Of a stretch of 64,000 nucleotides of DNA, positions 12,641 to 26,857 are shown one piece after another. The stretch spans positions 8,122,001-8,186,000 of the forward strand of contig JANJGN010000020.1 in assembly GCA_026770705.1 (NCBI GenBank). The letters run 5' to 3'. The position numbers were made by a program, and so were the translations under genes. The notes under the pieces are model-generated. The model had not been told where the DNA came from and made no database searches. It worked only from the letters and a program-made list of their open reading frames with translations. Source of the DNA: Isurus oxyrinchus. Taxonomy: Eukaryota. Position 1 is the first letter of the stretch; each line of letters opens with the position of its first letter.

Positions 12641-15256
12641 GTGAGTACACTGTTTATAACAACCGCCTCTCTTTCCTTACCCTGCTGCCCCCAACCTCAT
12701 TTACCAATCACGCTCATGAGTGTAAACAGGAATGAAACTGATGTGAAAAAGCATTATTTCAGACTTTTGCTGAGAGTACATCGATATAAAAGGTCAGGAG
12801 GAGGTTTAAAACTAGCATAATGTTCACTGCATCTTTAGCCACCACACCCGCCACTTGGTAGAGAGGATCAGAAAATAATGTCATTTTTGCCGACATGCCC
12901 AAGATTTATTTTAAATTCCTTTCCAGGATGTAGACGATCCTGAAAATGCCTCATTATTACCTACTTCTGTCACAATTGTTTGTAGAACTTGCAAAAGAGG
13001 GCTAACCATGTACTGTGGGTGGACTTATGTCCCTTTGCTGAGGGATATTAGTGAAGCAGTTGGGTTTTTCTCCATCTTGCAGCTTTGTGATCTGAGCCCT
13101 GAACAGTTTTCTGTTGAAATTGTTATTTGACTGTGTAATACCTTTCATAAATTAAGAGATGCAAAGAAAGCTGCCTCTTCCGTGGAGATTTTAGAATCCA
13201 CGTGCATTGGGCTGCAATTTCATAATTCATGTTTTACTAATAAATTCGAGGCCATCACAAGATGCTTCAGCACCAAGTTTGTTGATGCCTCTGCATCTTG
13301 CGCAGGATTTGCATAAAATAACTCGCCATTAAGTCAGAAAAGCCTGCTTTTCCAGCACGTCTCATCTGAGAGCACTGCTGTAGTGCAGAAACGTGCACTC
13401 ATTTTATTTCTGCGCTGGGCAGGGCCGGGAGTGGTGGGGGTGAGGCGGGGCTGGGCAACAGGATGAAGAGTGGAGTGGGCATTTCACCAAAATGAGGCAG
13501 GCACGGTAGTTTGTCACAGCAAGACTTGATGTATTCTCAGTGATCTGGCAGGAGGTCTGAATTGTTGCAATTTTTTCTTACTACAAAAGTATGACATGAA
13601 TATTGCTGTAAAGCAACAGCACAGAACATTCATTCTCTGGAAAGTAATTAATCATGGCTATATGCCAAAGTGCCACCCGTAATAAAAATGGCTAACAATT
13701 AAATAAATGCACCTTGTGACGAGCGATTGTGAAGTCAAGTCCCATCAAGGAAAAATATGAAATTAAACTCAATGGACTGGTAACTCGCAGACTGGAAACA
13801 TAAATGACCGGTGTTATAAAAATTTGACAGCTTCACCGATGTCTTTCTAATACAGGGAGCCCGTCACCCTTACTCAATCTGGCCCATGTAGTTTACTCTG
13901 AAGAAGCCTCAGAGTTACTCTGCTATTAAGGAAAAAGCAGTATCAGAAGGCAGCCCATCACCACTGGGGATGGACAATAAATAGTACCGCCAGCATCTCA
14001 AGTGTGGTTGACTCTTTAAATGTCCTTTGAGCAAGGGCAATTAGGGATGGGCAACAGATGCTGGCCTAGCCAGTAACACCCACATCCCAAGAACGAATTT
14101 TAAAAATCTGTCTCAAGTACGATAGTTGAAGCTCCGCTCATTTTAATATATTTTGCTGCTGCTGCTCCTGGCACTCAGCGCGTGGCATTACTGATGGGGG
14201 GATTCCCAGAATGTTGGGCACTAGAGGCTAAGGAAAGTTTGTTGCCCACTATTTTTCTCCCCTACCAGGAGAAATCTTTGGACACCTGTTTGTAAAATTG
14301 GCATCTAGAGGATGAGAAAAGTAAGCTGAGGATAGCCAATCTAAAGGAGAAAAATATGTACATTTTTAATATCTGATCTTTCTATTGACATTGCAATGTG
14401 CTACGAGTATCAGGTGTAGATTAGACTTCCAGTCTTTGCACGTGCTAATACAGGACCTCTCATTATCAGCCCTGGGGCCACTGGAGGTTGGAATAAAAGT
14501 GCAGAACACGTGATATGTACTGTACAAAACCAAATTCCAGAAAAGCTATTTCCTGCAATATGCCATCTACTTTCACCACCAAATAAGGAGAATCCAGTCA
14601 CAATCTGGCTCCATTCACTAGTGTTTAAACTGGCATTTATATCAACAGCTTGCCAGCTGGCTGGGCAGCCACCCAGTAATGCTGCTCCTTCAATTTGGCA
14701 AGAACTCAGTACCAGAGCACATGCATGTTCACAAAATATAAGAGGTAAGTCTTAACAGTACCGCACACTAAGCACGTGCACTACTTGGACCCTTGCCAAT
14801 CCTCCATTAAGTTCTCTCTAATCCTCTGCTCTTGGGAATTCAATAAAACCTCTGGACCTTTTGTTATCCTTCACATAATCCTCAAGTGTACCTCCAAACA
14901 TATCCCTGTGCCATCACTTCAATAACTCATTCTGTCCATCTTTCCTTCTCTTTGGAAATGTAGATGTTCACTCTAACCTGGAGAAAGACCATCTGCTTCC
15001 AGCCTCCCAACTATTGCCACATGGAAACGCAGAAATATTCATGTAGGAGCTTTCACTGAGTTTTGTAATATTCTGGAAGCTGCTGTTCACCTCCGATTAT
15101 TCATCAGATATTGCCCTGATCCATGATTGCCAGTATGACTTTTGATATGAGGCTTGCACTGGTGCTCTTTAATAAACACCTCTGGAACCTGCTGATAAAT
15201 CATCTGTTCTTGCCTTGGCGAGCCTCGCATCTTGAACTTCGAAACAAATTAACACC

Positions 15257-16790
15257 TTTTTTATTTATTCATGGGAGGTGGGCATTGCTGGCTAGGCCAG
15301 CATTTATTGCCCATCCCTAATTGCCCTTGAGAAGGTGCTGGTGATCTGCCTTCTTGAACTGCTGCAGTCCATGTGGTGTAGGTACACCTGCCGTGCTGTT
15401 ATAGATGGAGTTCCAGGATTTTAACTCAGCCACAGTGAAGATATGGTGATATATTCCAATTCAGAGTGGTGAGTGGTTTGGAGGGGAACTTCCAGGTGGT
15501 GGTGTTCCCATGTGTCTACTGTCCTTGTCCTTGTAGGTGGTAGCAGTCATGGGTTTTGAAGGTGCTGTCAAAGGAGCCTTGGTGAGTTGCTGCAGTGAAT
15601 CTTGAAGATGGTACACGCTGCTGCTTCTGTATGTTGGTGGTGGAGGCAGTGAATCTTCATGGATGGGGTGCCAATCAAGTGGGCTGCTTTGTCCTGGATG
15701 GTGGCGAGCTTCTTGAGTGTTGTGGGAGCTTCATTCATCCAGCCAAATGGAGAGTATTCCATCACACTCCTGACTTGTGCCTTAAAGATGGTGGACAGGC
15801 TTTGGGGATTTAGCATTCCTAACCTCTGACCTGCTCTTGTAGCCACAGTATTTATATGGTTAGTCCAGTTCAATTTCTGGTCAATGGTAACCTCCCCCAG
15901 AATGCTGATAGTGGGGAATTCAGCGATAATGCCATTGGATGTCAAGGGTTGATGGTTGGACTCTCTCTTGTTGGAGATGATCATTGCCTGGTACTTGTGT
16001 GATGTAAAAGTTACTTGACACTTGTCAGCCCAAGTCTGAATGTTGTCCTGATCTTGCTGCATTTGGGCATGGACTGCTTCAGTATCTGAGGAGTTGCGAA
16101 TGGTGCTGAACATTGTGCAATCATCAGCGAACATCCCTACCTTTGACCTTATGATGAAGCAGCTGAAGATGGCTGGGAGGAACACCTGCACAAATGTTAC
16201 TTACACTTGTCAGCCCAAGCCTGGATATTGTCCCGGTCTTGCTGCATCTGGACGTGGACTGCTTCAGTATCTGAGGAGTCTCGAATGGTGCTCAAAATTG
16301 TGCAATCATCAGCGAACATCCCTACCTCTGACCTTATGACGAAGGAAAGTCATTGATGAAGCAGCTGAAGATGGTTGGGCCTAGGACACTTACCCTGAAG
16401 AACTCCTGCAGTGATGTTCCAGAGCAGAGATGATTGATCTCCAACAACCACAACCATCTTCCTTTGTGCTAGGTATGACTTCAACCAGAGGAGAGTTTTC
16501 CCCCGATTCCCATTGACTCCAGTTTTTCTCGGCTCCTTGATGCCACACTCGGTCAAATGCTGCCTTGATGTCAAGGGCAGTGACTCTCACCTCGCCTCTG
16601 CAGTTCAGCTCTTTTGTCCATTTTTGAACCAAGGCTGTAATGAGGTCAAGAGCTGAGTGGTCCTGGCAGAACCCGAGCTGAGTGACCTTGGCAGAACCCG
16701 AGCTGAGTGACCTTGGCAGAACCCAAACTGAGCGTGTGTGAGCAGGTTATTGCAAAGCAAGCTAAGCTGCTTGATAGCACAGTTGTTGAC
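15257..16790 (-). mobile_element. Family B LINE 3' part with internal duplications
   Basis: VGMFADDCTMF, ALDIKAAFDRVWHQG; family tail at 15257-15330. Confidence 0.88.
16650..16724 (+). repeat. 3 x 25 bp tandem repeat inside the LINE
   Basis: gagctgagtg(g/a)(t/c)c(c/t)tggcagaaccc at 16650, 16675 and 16700. Confidence 0.9.
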
Positions 16791-17239
16791 CCTGTAAGGT
16801 CTTTCGTGCTGACTCTCTCATGGAGCAAGATCAAGGAACTGCATGTCCTACTCCTGCTCCCATTTCTTATTTCTTCCTCTCCTCACTGTACCTTTATCGT
16901 AATTGCTGCCAGTCCTCCGACACTGTTTGTGTCACTGATTTCAGTGTTTCTTGGAGCTCAGTCCCCTTTCCCACAAATTGTTCCTTCATAAATTCCACTC
17001 CTCATCAACTCTTTCACATGAGCTTCCTTCACGTTACACAATCTGTGCTCACCCTTCAGTTCTCTCAATTACTGAGTTAGTACATCGTTGTCTCACTGAA
17101 GACTGTGGAAAAGAAAATATCTTCAAAGAATTAAATGAAATAGGCTGTTCCTCTAGTTCCCTGTGCCTCTAACCAACAGATACCTCGTTATCCCTTGTGC
17201 AAATATTTTCCTCTGGATGCTTATGTGATTACAATAGTT

Positions 17240-17710
17240 GACTTAGGATACTTAGTGGCTCCCTCGTCTAGATATGGATGAGGCAGACAAAGATTGGCCA
17301 CAGCCAACGTTCCCGCATCATCCCAGTGTCTGTTGATTTGTTGGAGACTTCCATTTACAGCCTAACACCGGCTCACCTTTGCTCACCCAGTCAGAGCCCA
17401 CTGCATGACCTGTTGGGCTGTCCACGATGACACAAGTCAGGTGACATGACCAAACCAGCTGAGCTATCTTTTGCAGACGATGGATGAAACTGGAGGTTGT
17501 TCTGAGTGTTTTCTACAATGGGTGTAAAATCCCACTGGTGTACACCTGGAATCCTTTGGACACATCTGGCATTAAAGGCATCCGGCTTCCTGTCTTGGCA
17601 GGTTTTCAGGTTCCAAGTTTCGCAACCATATGGGAGAGTGGAGAGCACATCCGCACTGTCGAGCCTAAGCTTTGTTTTCAACAGTTTGATTTTGCAATAA
17701 TCGGCATGAG
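17240..17710 (-). mobile_element. RTE-clade LINE fragment
   Basis: LSTLPYGCETW...DAFNARCVQRI resembles the RTE RT C-terminus (LLYGxETW). Confidence 0.65.
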
Positions 17711-20545
17711 TGTAAAACAGACTTTTGCTTTTCATGCTTTTTTTTTTCCCCTTTTAGGAGCAGCCAGAGGAAATCTTATATTTTTGCCCTCCATTTATCA
17801 ACATTCTTAACCTTCCTATTTTCTTTTCCTGGAAGCCTAAGTCTGTTCAAGTGTTGAATTCTGCTCCCATATCTGGGGAGATTCCCAACACATTTCTGTC
17901 CTGCTCCTAAAGTTGATACAGCAGAACGCTGGCTGTCGATTGATTCCTCTGCAGTGTAAGCTTTCTCTTTTCTTTTACGACTGTCACCCTTTATCCTTTG
18001 AACTTTCCTGGCTCATTTCATTCAGTCTTTTGCACTGTCCTACACGCTATATCTGCATTGAAACCAGGAATAGCCTTGCCAGCTCAGGCTTTAATTCATT
18101 GCCTGTCAGGACCATGGAAAGCTAAATGTAGTGGAATTTAGCTCATACTTTTTGATGTACTTGGCATAATAAATCTTCTCAACTGCTGTGGCACTCTACA
18201 TGGTGGGCATCTTTTTTTTTAAACATTTTAAAGTAGCTGTGGAATTGAATAATTATTTTTGAAAAAGGAGTATATGTTTGATTTTTATTTTAATAAAATT
18301 GCAATATAAATTGATTTAAGCAGGGAACATAAAGAATTGTTTTACTCTGTTGGACCTGAATTATGATTCCTGCGGGAATACAAAATCGGAGATTTGAGAA
18401 ACTATTTTTAAATTTGTGCACTCACTTTTCTCTTCTAACCCAGCTCACTCGTTGTCTGATTTTGATTCCAGTTGTGAAGAGTTGTGTGTTCCAGATTGTC
18501 TCACCACCTTCACAGGCTCTGGGAGTAACAGAACAGTAAATAAATAAATAAAGCAAATTGGGCCCTCTTTTAATTCAAAATGTACGAGACAGATTAAATG
18601 GTTCTCAAATCTGTAATTAACTTGATTTAATCTGCAGAGGGCCTAGGAGAACTGCAAGTCAGAAGCTCCCTCTTTTGGAATGCTCGCAAGCTCCGAGCTG
18701 TTACTGTGTTGAATGTAGTTAGCTGATCTGTGTCAGCGTGCGCACATTGTAGACGGGTTATGAGAAGTGACTGGAAGTGCCGATAGCTTTATTCAGTGCA
18801 TTGGTCAGGAGGGGGCTGAGAGCTGAGGGGGTGAGTGTCATCCAAGGATGATTAATGGGCTCTGTAGGGTGCAATAAGGGCTAATATATGCTCAATACCA
18901 GTGTGCATTTCTACCTCCTAGGGGAGGAATGCTAATGGCTTTGTGTCGACCTATGTATGGTGGCAGACTTGGTGGAAGCTAAGGAATTTCATACTCTTTT
19001 CTGCAAATAAAACTGTCAGAGGAGTGACAGAGATCAGAAAGTCAGGCATCTATTACTGAAAAGAATAACTGAAACACAGTGATCCATAAAATTAAGTTTA
19101 AAGGTGTTGGAGAAGCTCCTTTGCATATTACTGCATGAAAGGGGACCTCACAGTAGAAAAGAGTGAAATATGCACACTCAGGAACTGCAAGGAGGCAGAC
19201 TCTGGATCAGACACCTCAACCTCTGCTAGTTTAAAAGATCAGAAAATGAACAAAACATTTAGAAGATCAGACGAATTCCTTCCACAGGAGTTACTGGAGA
19301 TAGCATTGGGTAAGAGCTACGGAGAACTTGGGCCACATCGTACAGCTGTTTGTGAGAGCTGAGTCTAAGCTAAGAATCGGAATAACAGTTCCTCATTTCT
19401 GATTGTGTATCTTCACCTGTAGCCCTAGTGTTGGAACTTGTACGCTTTTCTCAAAAGACAACAGCAGGCTGTCTGCATTGTGCATTGTCCCAGTTGTGTT
19501 CATCAGCTTGTGAAGTCTATCATGTTAAACTGGACTAAAACCAAGTGATATTTAGGCATGCGATACAGTTGTGACTTGCTCCTAATTTTGCGTGGGGTGA
19601 ATTTTGTAATAATCCTTTGTGATGCTATCAGAATTATAATACCTAGTGTTACTTGTGAACCATCCAAAGCACAATTTAGGTGCAAAGCACTTTGATGGGG
19701 GATGGAATACAGACTTAGAGTGCAGGAGTCAGGTACGGAACACAATATCGATTCAGAGTGGGGTATTTTTTCTGCGTGAGTGGGAATGCTTTAAGACAAT
19801 GAAGATAATGATTGTGTGGACATTGGAGTTTTTTTTACATAATCGCTCAAATTTCAGAATCACTGAGCTTCACACACCCTCGCTAAGTTGCCCTATAGCA
19901 AGTTGCAGATGCTAAACTAATGTCATAAGAATCAAGTCCTTGCAGGTGTAAGTAGTTGTTCACTGCCCCGATCTTCCCAAAAGAACAGAATGTATACAAG
20001 CCTAAATTCAGAAGATGGCATCACCATGCTGAACACAGCTGTGAGAAACCACAATCCCAGTTAGTGGTGAAAGGAAGCAGATTTCTTTGTGCTGCTGATA
20101 GCATGCAGATACAAAGAGTTGTATCCATTTCGAGTGATTCATGCAGCTTTATCTGCCTGTTCTTTATAGTGGTGAGATTATGGCTGAGATTTTCCAGTCC
20201 ATGCTTGCCAGCCTTGTCTTTCTCTCCAAGAGGAACATTTGGTTTGCACAGTTTGAGAAAGACTTGTGTTCACATCCAGTGAATGTAAGGATATTATACT
20301 GATGCAGATCAGACTACCATGGGTAGTCAGTGGACTGCAGAAAGGAACTACATTCATCATAACTCTCATTTCTGATTAACTTGAGAGTGCAGTAAATTGT
20401 GGATCAGTTTTCACGTTCTCGCTGGTAAAAGTGCACAGGCTGGATATGTGAATGGAGTTTTTAAGTTTGTTTCCTCTTGCTGTGTTTTTAATTATTATGA
20501 AGTAAATCCAAAGGTAAACTCATGATTCTAATCTTCTTTCTTCAG

Positions 20546-20696
20546 CCACACAATCAATCTTTTGAGCAACATTCCAGTGTCAGCCATGGATCTCCTTTTC
20601 AGCCCCAACATCAAATGTGGAACAGTCGATTACAATGGGAAGAAGATGGATGCAGTTGAGATTTTGCTGTGTTTCATGGAAAAGAGAATAGACAGA
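20546..20696 (+). CDS. RIC8B: RIC8B coding exon (151 bp)
   Basis: ttcttcag|C...AGA|gtaag; (S)HTINLLSNIPVSAMDLLFSPNIKCGTVDYNGKKMDAVEILLCFMEKRIDR. Confidence 0.92.
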
Positions 20697-21227
20697 GTAA
20701 GACAATGATCTGTTTTTTAACTGCAGTATGTCAGTGGTGTTGAGAATAATGTTACACTTGTGCTGAGGGAGAGACTCACCTAGTTAGGCTAAGACGCATT
20801 GCGTGCCAATATCAGCTGGGAATCCGTTTTTTTTTTGTTGTTTTCGGCTTGTAAGTATTTTTCTTGGCCGGTATCACTAATTGGAGCAGATGTTTATTTG
20901 GGTTCAGTAAGGGATATAGGGTCAGTAGGACCAGTTGCTTTTATCTGTGTTTATTTTTTTTTAAATCTATAAAAGTCTTATGTCTGTGCATGATTCATAT
21001 CAATTTTTTCCATTTATCCTCATTTATAATAAAAACTGTCTATCTAAGTTTACCATGTTGTATTCACACTGCTATGTGTAAGTACAGTGCCACCAATGGC
21101 GGAAGTGCTTAATTACACTGTGACAAGTTTACATAGGAAATTTTCACTATTAATGACAACACAGTGTGAGAAATAAGAGCAGGAGTAGACCATATGACTC
21201 CTCAAGCTGCTCCATCATTCAATATTA

Positions 21228-21548
21228 CTTTTTAATTCATTCATGCATGTGACCATCACTGGCTAGCGTTTATTACCCATCCCTAATTGCCCTTGTTCAG
21301 ATGACATTTTCAAGAGTCAACCACATTGCTGTGGGTCTGGAGTCACATGTAGGCCAGGCCAGGTAAGGAAGGCAGATTTCCTTCCCTAATCCTTCCCAGT
21401 CGGTCATCATCAGACTTTTAATTCCAGATTTTTAATGGATTTAAATTTCACCACCTGCTGCCGTGATGGGATTCGAACCCCAGTCCATTACCCTGGGTCT
21501 CTGGAATACTAGTCCAGTGACAATGTAACTCTGCCACCGCCTCCCCTT
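21228..21548 (-). mobile_element. tRNA-headed SINE sharing the family B tail
   Basis: Reverse complement of the 54416 SINE, with B-box-like GGTTCGAATCC. Confidence 0.8.
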
Positions 21549-23254
21549 TAAATATGATCAATATGATCATGGATGATCTGTGTGAAGACATTTATCCTCA
21601 TCTCAGCTTAAATGATCAACTTCTTGTCCTAATGCTTTGTCTCCTGTGTCCTGCATTCCCCAGCCAGGGGAAATGACCTCTGTGTCCAGGGCATAGGAAT
21701 TTATTTACGGGAAAGATATGAAAATAACAGATTGCATACTTTCCAGTGGTGACTAAATTACGTCTTGTGTGTCTCGGCTCGATTATCTCCTGGTCTGCAT
21801 CTCCTAGTATTACAACACTGCTTCACCTAGAGAAGAACTTTGTGTCTCTGAGATGATCAGAATTTCTCTGCCGATTTGCTGTTTAGTGCTGCTGGCCAAA
21901 ATCAATTCTATCCCGGAGAGACAAGACCATGGAGGATCAACCAGTATTTCATTGCAAACATTACAACTTGCTTGGCAACCTTGACCTGCTAATGATAGGT
22001 TGGTGGTAATGTTACAAATGTTTGCGTTTGCTTTCTTAATATAAAACTGGTTCCATACGTTAAAGGTTAAAATTCAAGCACCTCACAGTACCTTTGTTAT
22101 CACATAGCTGAGCAGACTTCTCAAAGTAAATGGAGCTCCAACCCGCTGACCACAGCTGAGATGAACCTTTCCATGGGACTGCAGTTTTGTTGGAACATTA
22201 GTCACCTGTAATTCTTGACTGTTTTTCAATTGGTCTCCACAATGTACTGAGCCAATTCACCCTGTTGCCCTAAAATAAAGACAGAAAATGCTGGAAACAT
22301 TCCACAGTTCACAGAATCTCGCAGAATCACAGTGCAGAAGAGACCCTTCGGCCCATCGAGTCACGTGAGAAACACCTGACCTACCTACCTAATCCCATTT
22401 ACCAGCACTTAGCCCATATAGCCTTGAATGTTATGACGTACCAAGTGCTCATCCAGGTATTTTTTAAAGGATGTGAGGCAACCCGCCTCCACCACCCTCC
22501 CAGGCAGCGCATTCCAACTACCTGCCTGTTTCTCTTGGACTGCCTGGTGGTCACCCATTCCCTTCCTTCCTCAAGTCTCTTCATCTGTGAGCTATGGGAA
22601 AAGAGAAGAGTGTGGGACTAGCTGAATACCTCTTTCAAAGAGCGGGCAAAGACATGATGGGCCAAATGTGCTATATGTTTCTGGATCAAGTGCTATTTTC
22701 AGGTTATTTGCAGCAAGAAAGCATCTGAATAGAGTATGGAGTGAATTTTACACTGTATGTAGCATGTGAACTTGGTCAAAATTTCCCATATGCTGCACGT
22801 TTACTGAAGATGATAAAAAAAGCTATAGACTCTGAAAGGTCACTAACCTGAAACCTTAACTCCGATTCCCTGTCCACAGGCGCTGCTGGACCTGCTGAGG
22901 ATTTCCAGCATTTTAATCAAAATGTTCAAGTTGATTTTAATTCATTATCTTGGACATTTTCGAAGTAACACTTGCTGAATTTAAGTGACCAGCACCAACG
23001 TTTTTAAATTGTTGACTTTTATTTTTCTCGTCCCCTCCCTTAAACTTTTATACAAATTTTAATAATCCAGGGAAATATCGAAAGGTAAGTTTTTTGGTGC
23101 TGAGGTCAAGAGAGATGAGAAAATAATCTGACCGTTTCCTGAATGTTGACTTTAAACAGTAGGAGGAGTGAAATGGACGTCTTATCCAACAATATTATTT
23201 TCACACTGAGTTTTGATTTTTAATTTGATTACTGATACCTTTTATATTTGATAG

Positions 23255-23350
23255 GGGTCCAATTTAAAGGAAGGATTGACTCCAGTTTTAAGTGTCCTGA
23301 CAGAAGGTTCCAGGAACCACAGAGATATGAGGAAATATATCCGTTCACGG
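23255..23350 (+). CDS. RIC8B: RIC8B coding exon (96 bp)
   Basis: atag|GGG...CGG|gtaagg; [32 protein letters not shown]. Confidence 0.92.
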
Positions 23351-25348
23351 GTAAGGATTTGATAAGTTCAAAAGGAAAATAAAGTTATTTGATTCTTTTC
23401 TTCCCCCCAACCCACGGTGATATAAAAGAATTGTAAAACGATCTAGCTGTCAACTGGCTAAACTTTAACCAGTCCCCGGTTATTGTTTGGAAAACTAGGA
23501 GGTGAAGATTCATATTAAAAACATAAAGAGCATTTCAAGCACACACACGTTTCCTCCTTTTCTTGTGCAGCCTCACATTCTACCTTCAGTCTCCATGGGT
23601 TTCAAATGAATTAGTCATTTTCGTTGTGGGGCTTTGTCACAGAATTCCTGGAAGGCTAAAAAAGCTACATCGTACAAACTTTCACCGTCTGTTTCATTTG
23701 TGGCATCCTTAAAGTCAAGGTGGTATGCCAGGAGGACATTCCCTGTCCTAACTCCATGCTGACTGTTGCTGATTCAGTGATTACTGTGCGGGTACTACTC
23801 CTTGGTATTGTTTAGCACCTCTGTTCTAAATCCCTTGCAATTCATCTTGTATCTATGGCCTCTCATTCTTAACTTTTCAACTATAGTTTTTTTCTAATTT
23901 CATTGACATAATCACAGAATTGTTGCAGCTCAGGCAGCCATTTGGCCCATCATGTCTATACTGGCTCTCCTGAAAGAGCAATTTGCCCAGAACCATTGCC
24001 CTGCCTTCTCCCTGTGACCTTGTGCATTCTTTCCTCTCAGATAACAATCCACTTTCCTTCTGAATGTCTCACACAGAAACGTAGTTCTTATTTTATGTTT
24101 AGTTTATGGTTAGATTAATTAGTTTAATATACCAAGTCTATGAAGTGCTAGCTGGATGAATTCCCATTAACTGCTGGAAAGATTGTTTGGCAGACTTTTT
24201 TTAGAAAAAAAATCTTTATTGTTTGGAGTATTTCTTGCAATCTATGTGATTTTAAAAGAAAGATATATAAAAAAATCTCCTGTCACACTTTAGTTAAAGT
24301 GGAGTTTTGTGGCCAACAAATATTCCATCTTCACCTCACTCCCACTTCACTGAAACCCTTCTCCACATCATGGCCACCTCCAGGCTCGAGTTCTCCAACA
24401 GTCTCCTCAGTGACTTCCTGAGATCCACCCTGCACATACTCCAGTCCATCCAGTACTTCCAACACCTAAACCCTGCCCCATATTAAGTCCCAATTGTTTG
24501 TCATCTGTAACCTCTCCTACTGCAGTAAATTCAATCTTCATTCCCCTTTGTAGATCATTTTGGGGTCTTGTCCCAATCATCTTGTATCAATCAGTGTTCC
24601 CTGGATATTGATTCTTCTGCCAAGGGGAACAGTGTTTCTCTCTCTCTCTCTCTCTTTTGAACACCTCTATCCAATCTTCTCTCAGCTGCTCCAATCTATC
24701 CACATAACGGAAGTCCTTTCAAAGATTATAGCTGTAAAAGTAACCCAATTGCATGTTGTGGTGTTTCCGATCTAACTTTGAAATGTTCCCCTCATGAAAA
24801 TAAAGCCAGTTTATAATAAAGTGCGACTATTAAATGGTTAACTGAGTTTGCTAACTATGAAATGAAAAAGCTCACTGATCAAGTAAAGACAGACGTTGGT
24901 GGCAAGGCGGAGAATAGGGAGCCTCCATATACCAGCTGCTGCACACCTCCTAATGGCCAATTACACAACAACAGAGGAGAATAATGTTACAGAGATGCAA
25001 AGATGATGGAACCTACAGGAAGTAAAAATTAAGTATGAGTTTGTTAATATTTTAAGGTTTGCGATACTCAAAGCACAATCGGGAACCCAATTACTTACGT
25101 GAGATGTGTTTTTGTGACATTTGAGATGTGATGAGGTGTTGGTATAAGTGCAAATTCATTTTTCAAGTTTACTTCTCAGTTATATTCAAAGTCTGGTGTA
25201 ATTTAACTGTTTGACCTGCAGTTAAATTGATAATTGCCAGTGAGTGACCTACCATTAAATAAATATTACCCAGCGGGTTCAGACCATGCGTGTTGTATCA
25301 TGATGTGTCAAAACTTTTTCTAAACTATTGCCATTTTTGCATTGGCAG

Positions 25349-25493
25349 GTCCTGCCTCCTTTAAAAGATGTAAAGAATCGTCCTGAAATTGGCACCACAC
25401 TTAGAAATAAGCTGGTACGTCTCATGACCCACATCGACACTGGGGTGAAACACACTGCAGCAGAATTCCTGTTTGTGCTGTGCAAAGAGAGTG
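25349..25493 (+). CDS. RIC8B: RIC8B coding exon (145 bp)
   Basis: ggcag|GTC...AGTG|gtgagc; [48 protein letters not shown]. Confidence 0.95.
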
Positions 25494-26712
25494 GTGAGCA
25501 TTGGTGTAACTTCATCTCCTATATTTCACTCCTTTATTGTGGTTAATGGAAGAGGCCCACACGTTTAGGTTCTGATCAACATGATGTTGATTAGTGACAT
25601 GTTTGATGCTAATTGGATTAAAGTGTGATGTGAGAGCAAAATCTGGTCACTATCGATCTCTTAATGTAATAAAAATCTGTGTGTACTTCCTGTCAACTGC
25701 TTTCAGTGAGAACTTCCTATGTAAACTTGTCACGCTGTAATCAACCCTCCCACCAATGGTGGTGCTATAGGGCCTTAGCCTTACATGAAATCATAAAATG
25801 AGGATCCTTTCAATTTAGTTCCTTTGCAGACACAGTTGTAGGGTTTACAGGCTGGTTAGATCTTACATGCCTCTAACTCTCACACAAGCTCCTCACTGTT
25901 TATACCTAGCTTTCCCTTTGAATGTAAATTTCCCATTGTATTACTTGGTGTTTTAAAATATTACCTCGCCTAACAATAAGCCTTTCATTCCACCAATTTT
26001 ATTAGTAATATAAACACATTGCTTGGTGTCTCCCAGCTAGGTGCAAGATTTTATTTCCTTCTTTTGAATGGTTTATTCAGCAAATGCGAATTGCTCTTTA
26101 TCTTTCACTCCTTACGTTTATCTAATTACCATCTCAAACTACCATACATCAAAGCACCCAGACGAGTTGTCTTTAATCCGATTCCCTCTCTGTCTCACTA
26201 ACTCTCTCACTCACTCACTTACCTACACTCCCCATTTAAAAATAATTTCCAATAACTTTATACACATTAATATCTTTTCATGACACCGAGTTTTGAGGAA
26301 AGATTTTTAAAGCAGCATCTGGAGTGCATTGCCTGAAAAGATGTGGAATAGTAACTTTCAAGAGGAAACTGGATTAATGCTTGAAAATTGTGGGGCTATG
26401 AGCACTGAGCAGAAGAGTGGGACAAATTGGATACCTCTTTCTAAGAGGCCTGACGGGCTGAATGGCATCTTTCTGTGCTGGATGATTCTGTGATCAGATA
26501 AATTCTTAGTTACTAACGATATCCAAAGTACATTAACGCTCCGTTTCAGATATTTTGCTAATGTCTACCAGTGAAACGTAGCGGCAGCACAAAAACATAA
26601 AACAACGTTTACCTCTTAATCCTAAACTGTGCTAATTGATTTTCAGCATCTACTTGGAAAATGCATCTGCAGGGAGGGATGTAACTTACTGATGAATGTT
26701 TCTTTCTTCCAG

Positions 26713-26857
26713 TCGATTGCTTGTTAAAGTACACTGGCTACGGTAATGCTGCGGGGTTACTTGCTGCCCACGGGCTGCTGGCTGGAGGAAGGGGTGACGG
26801 GCAGTATTCTGAAGATGAGGACACGGACACTGAAGAGTATAAAAGTGTCAAATCTTT
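26713..26857 (+). CDS. RIC8B: RIC8B coding exon (145 bp)
   Basis: ttccag|TC...TT|gtaagt; (V)[47 protein letters not shown]. Contains the Ric-8 signature [12 protein letters not shown] and the acidic CK2-site segment. Confidence 0.95.

Noticed and set aside
16650-16724. CRISPR-like array
   Set aside because: The units are directly adjacent with no spacers, inside a eukaryotic LINE.
19135-19362. 75-aa ORF as a nested gene
   Set aside because: No recognisable motif, splice pattern or promoter; chance ORFs of this length are common.
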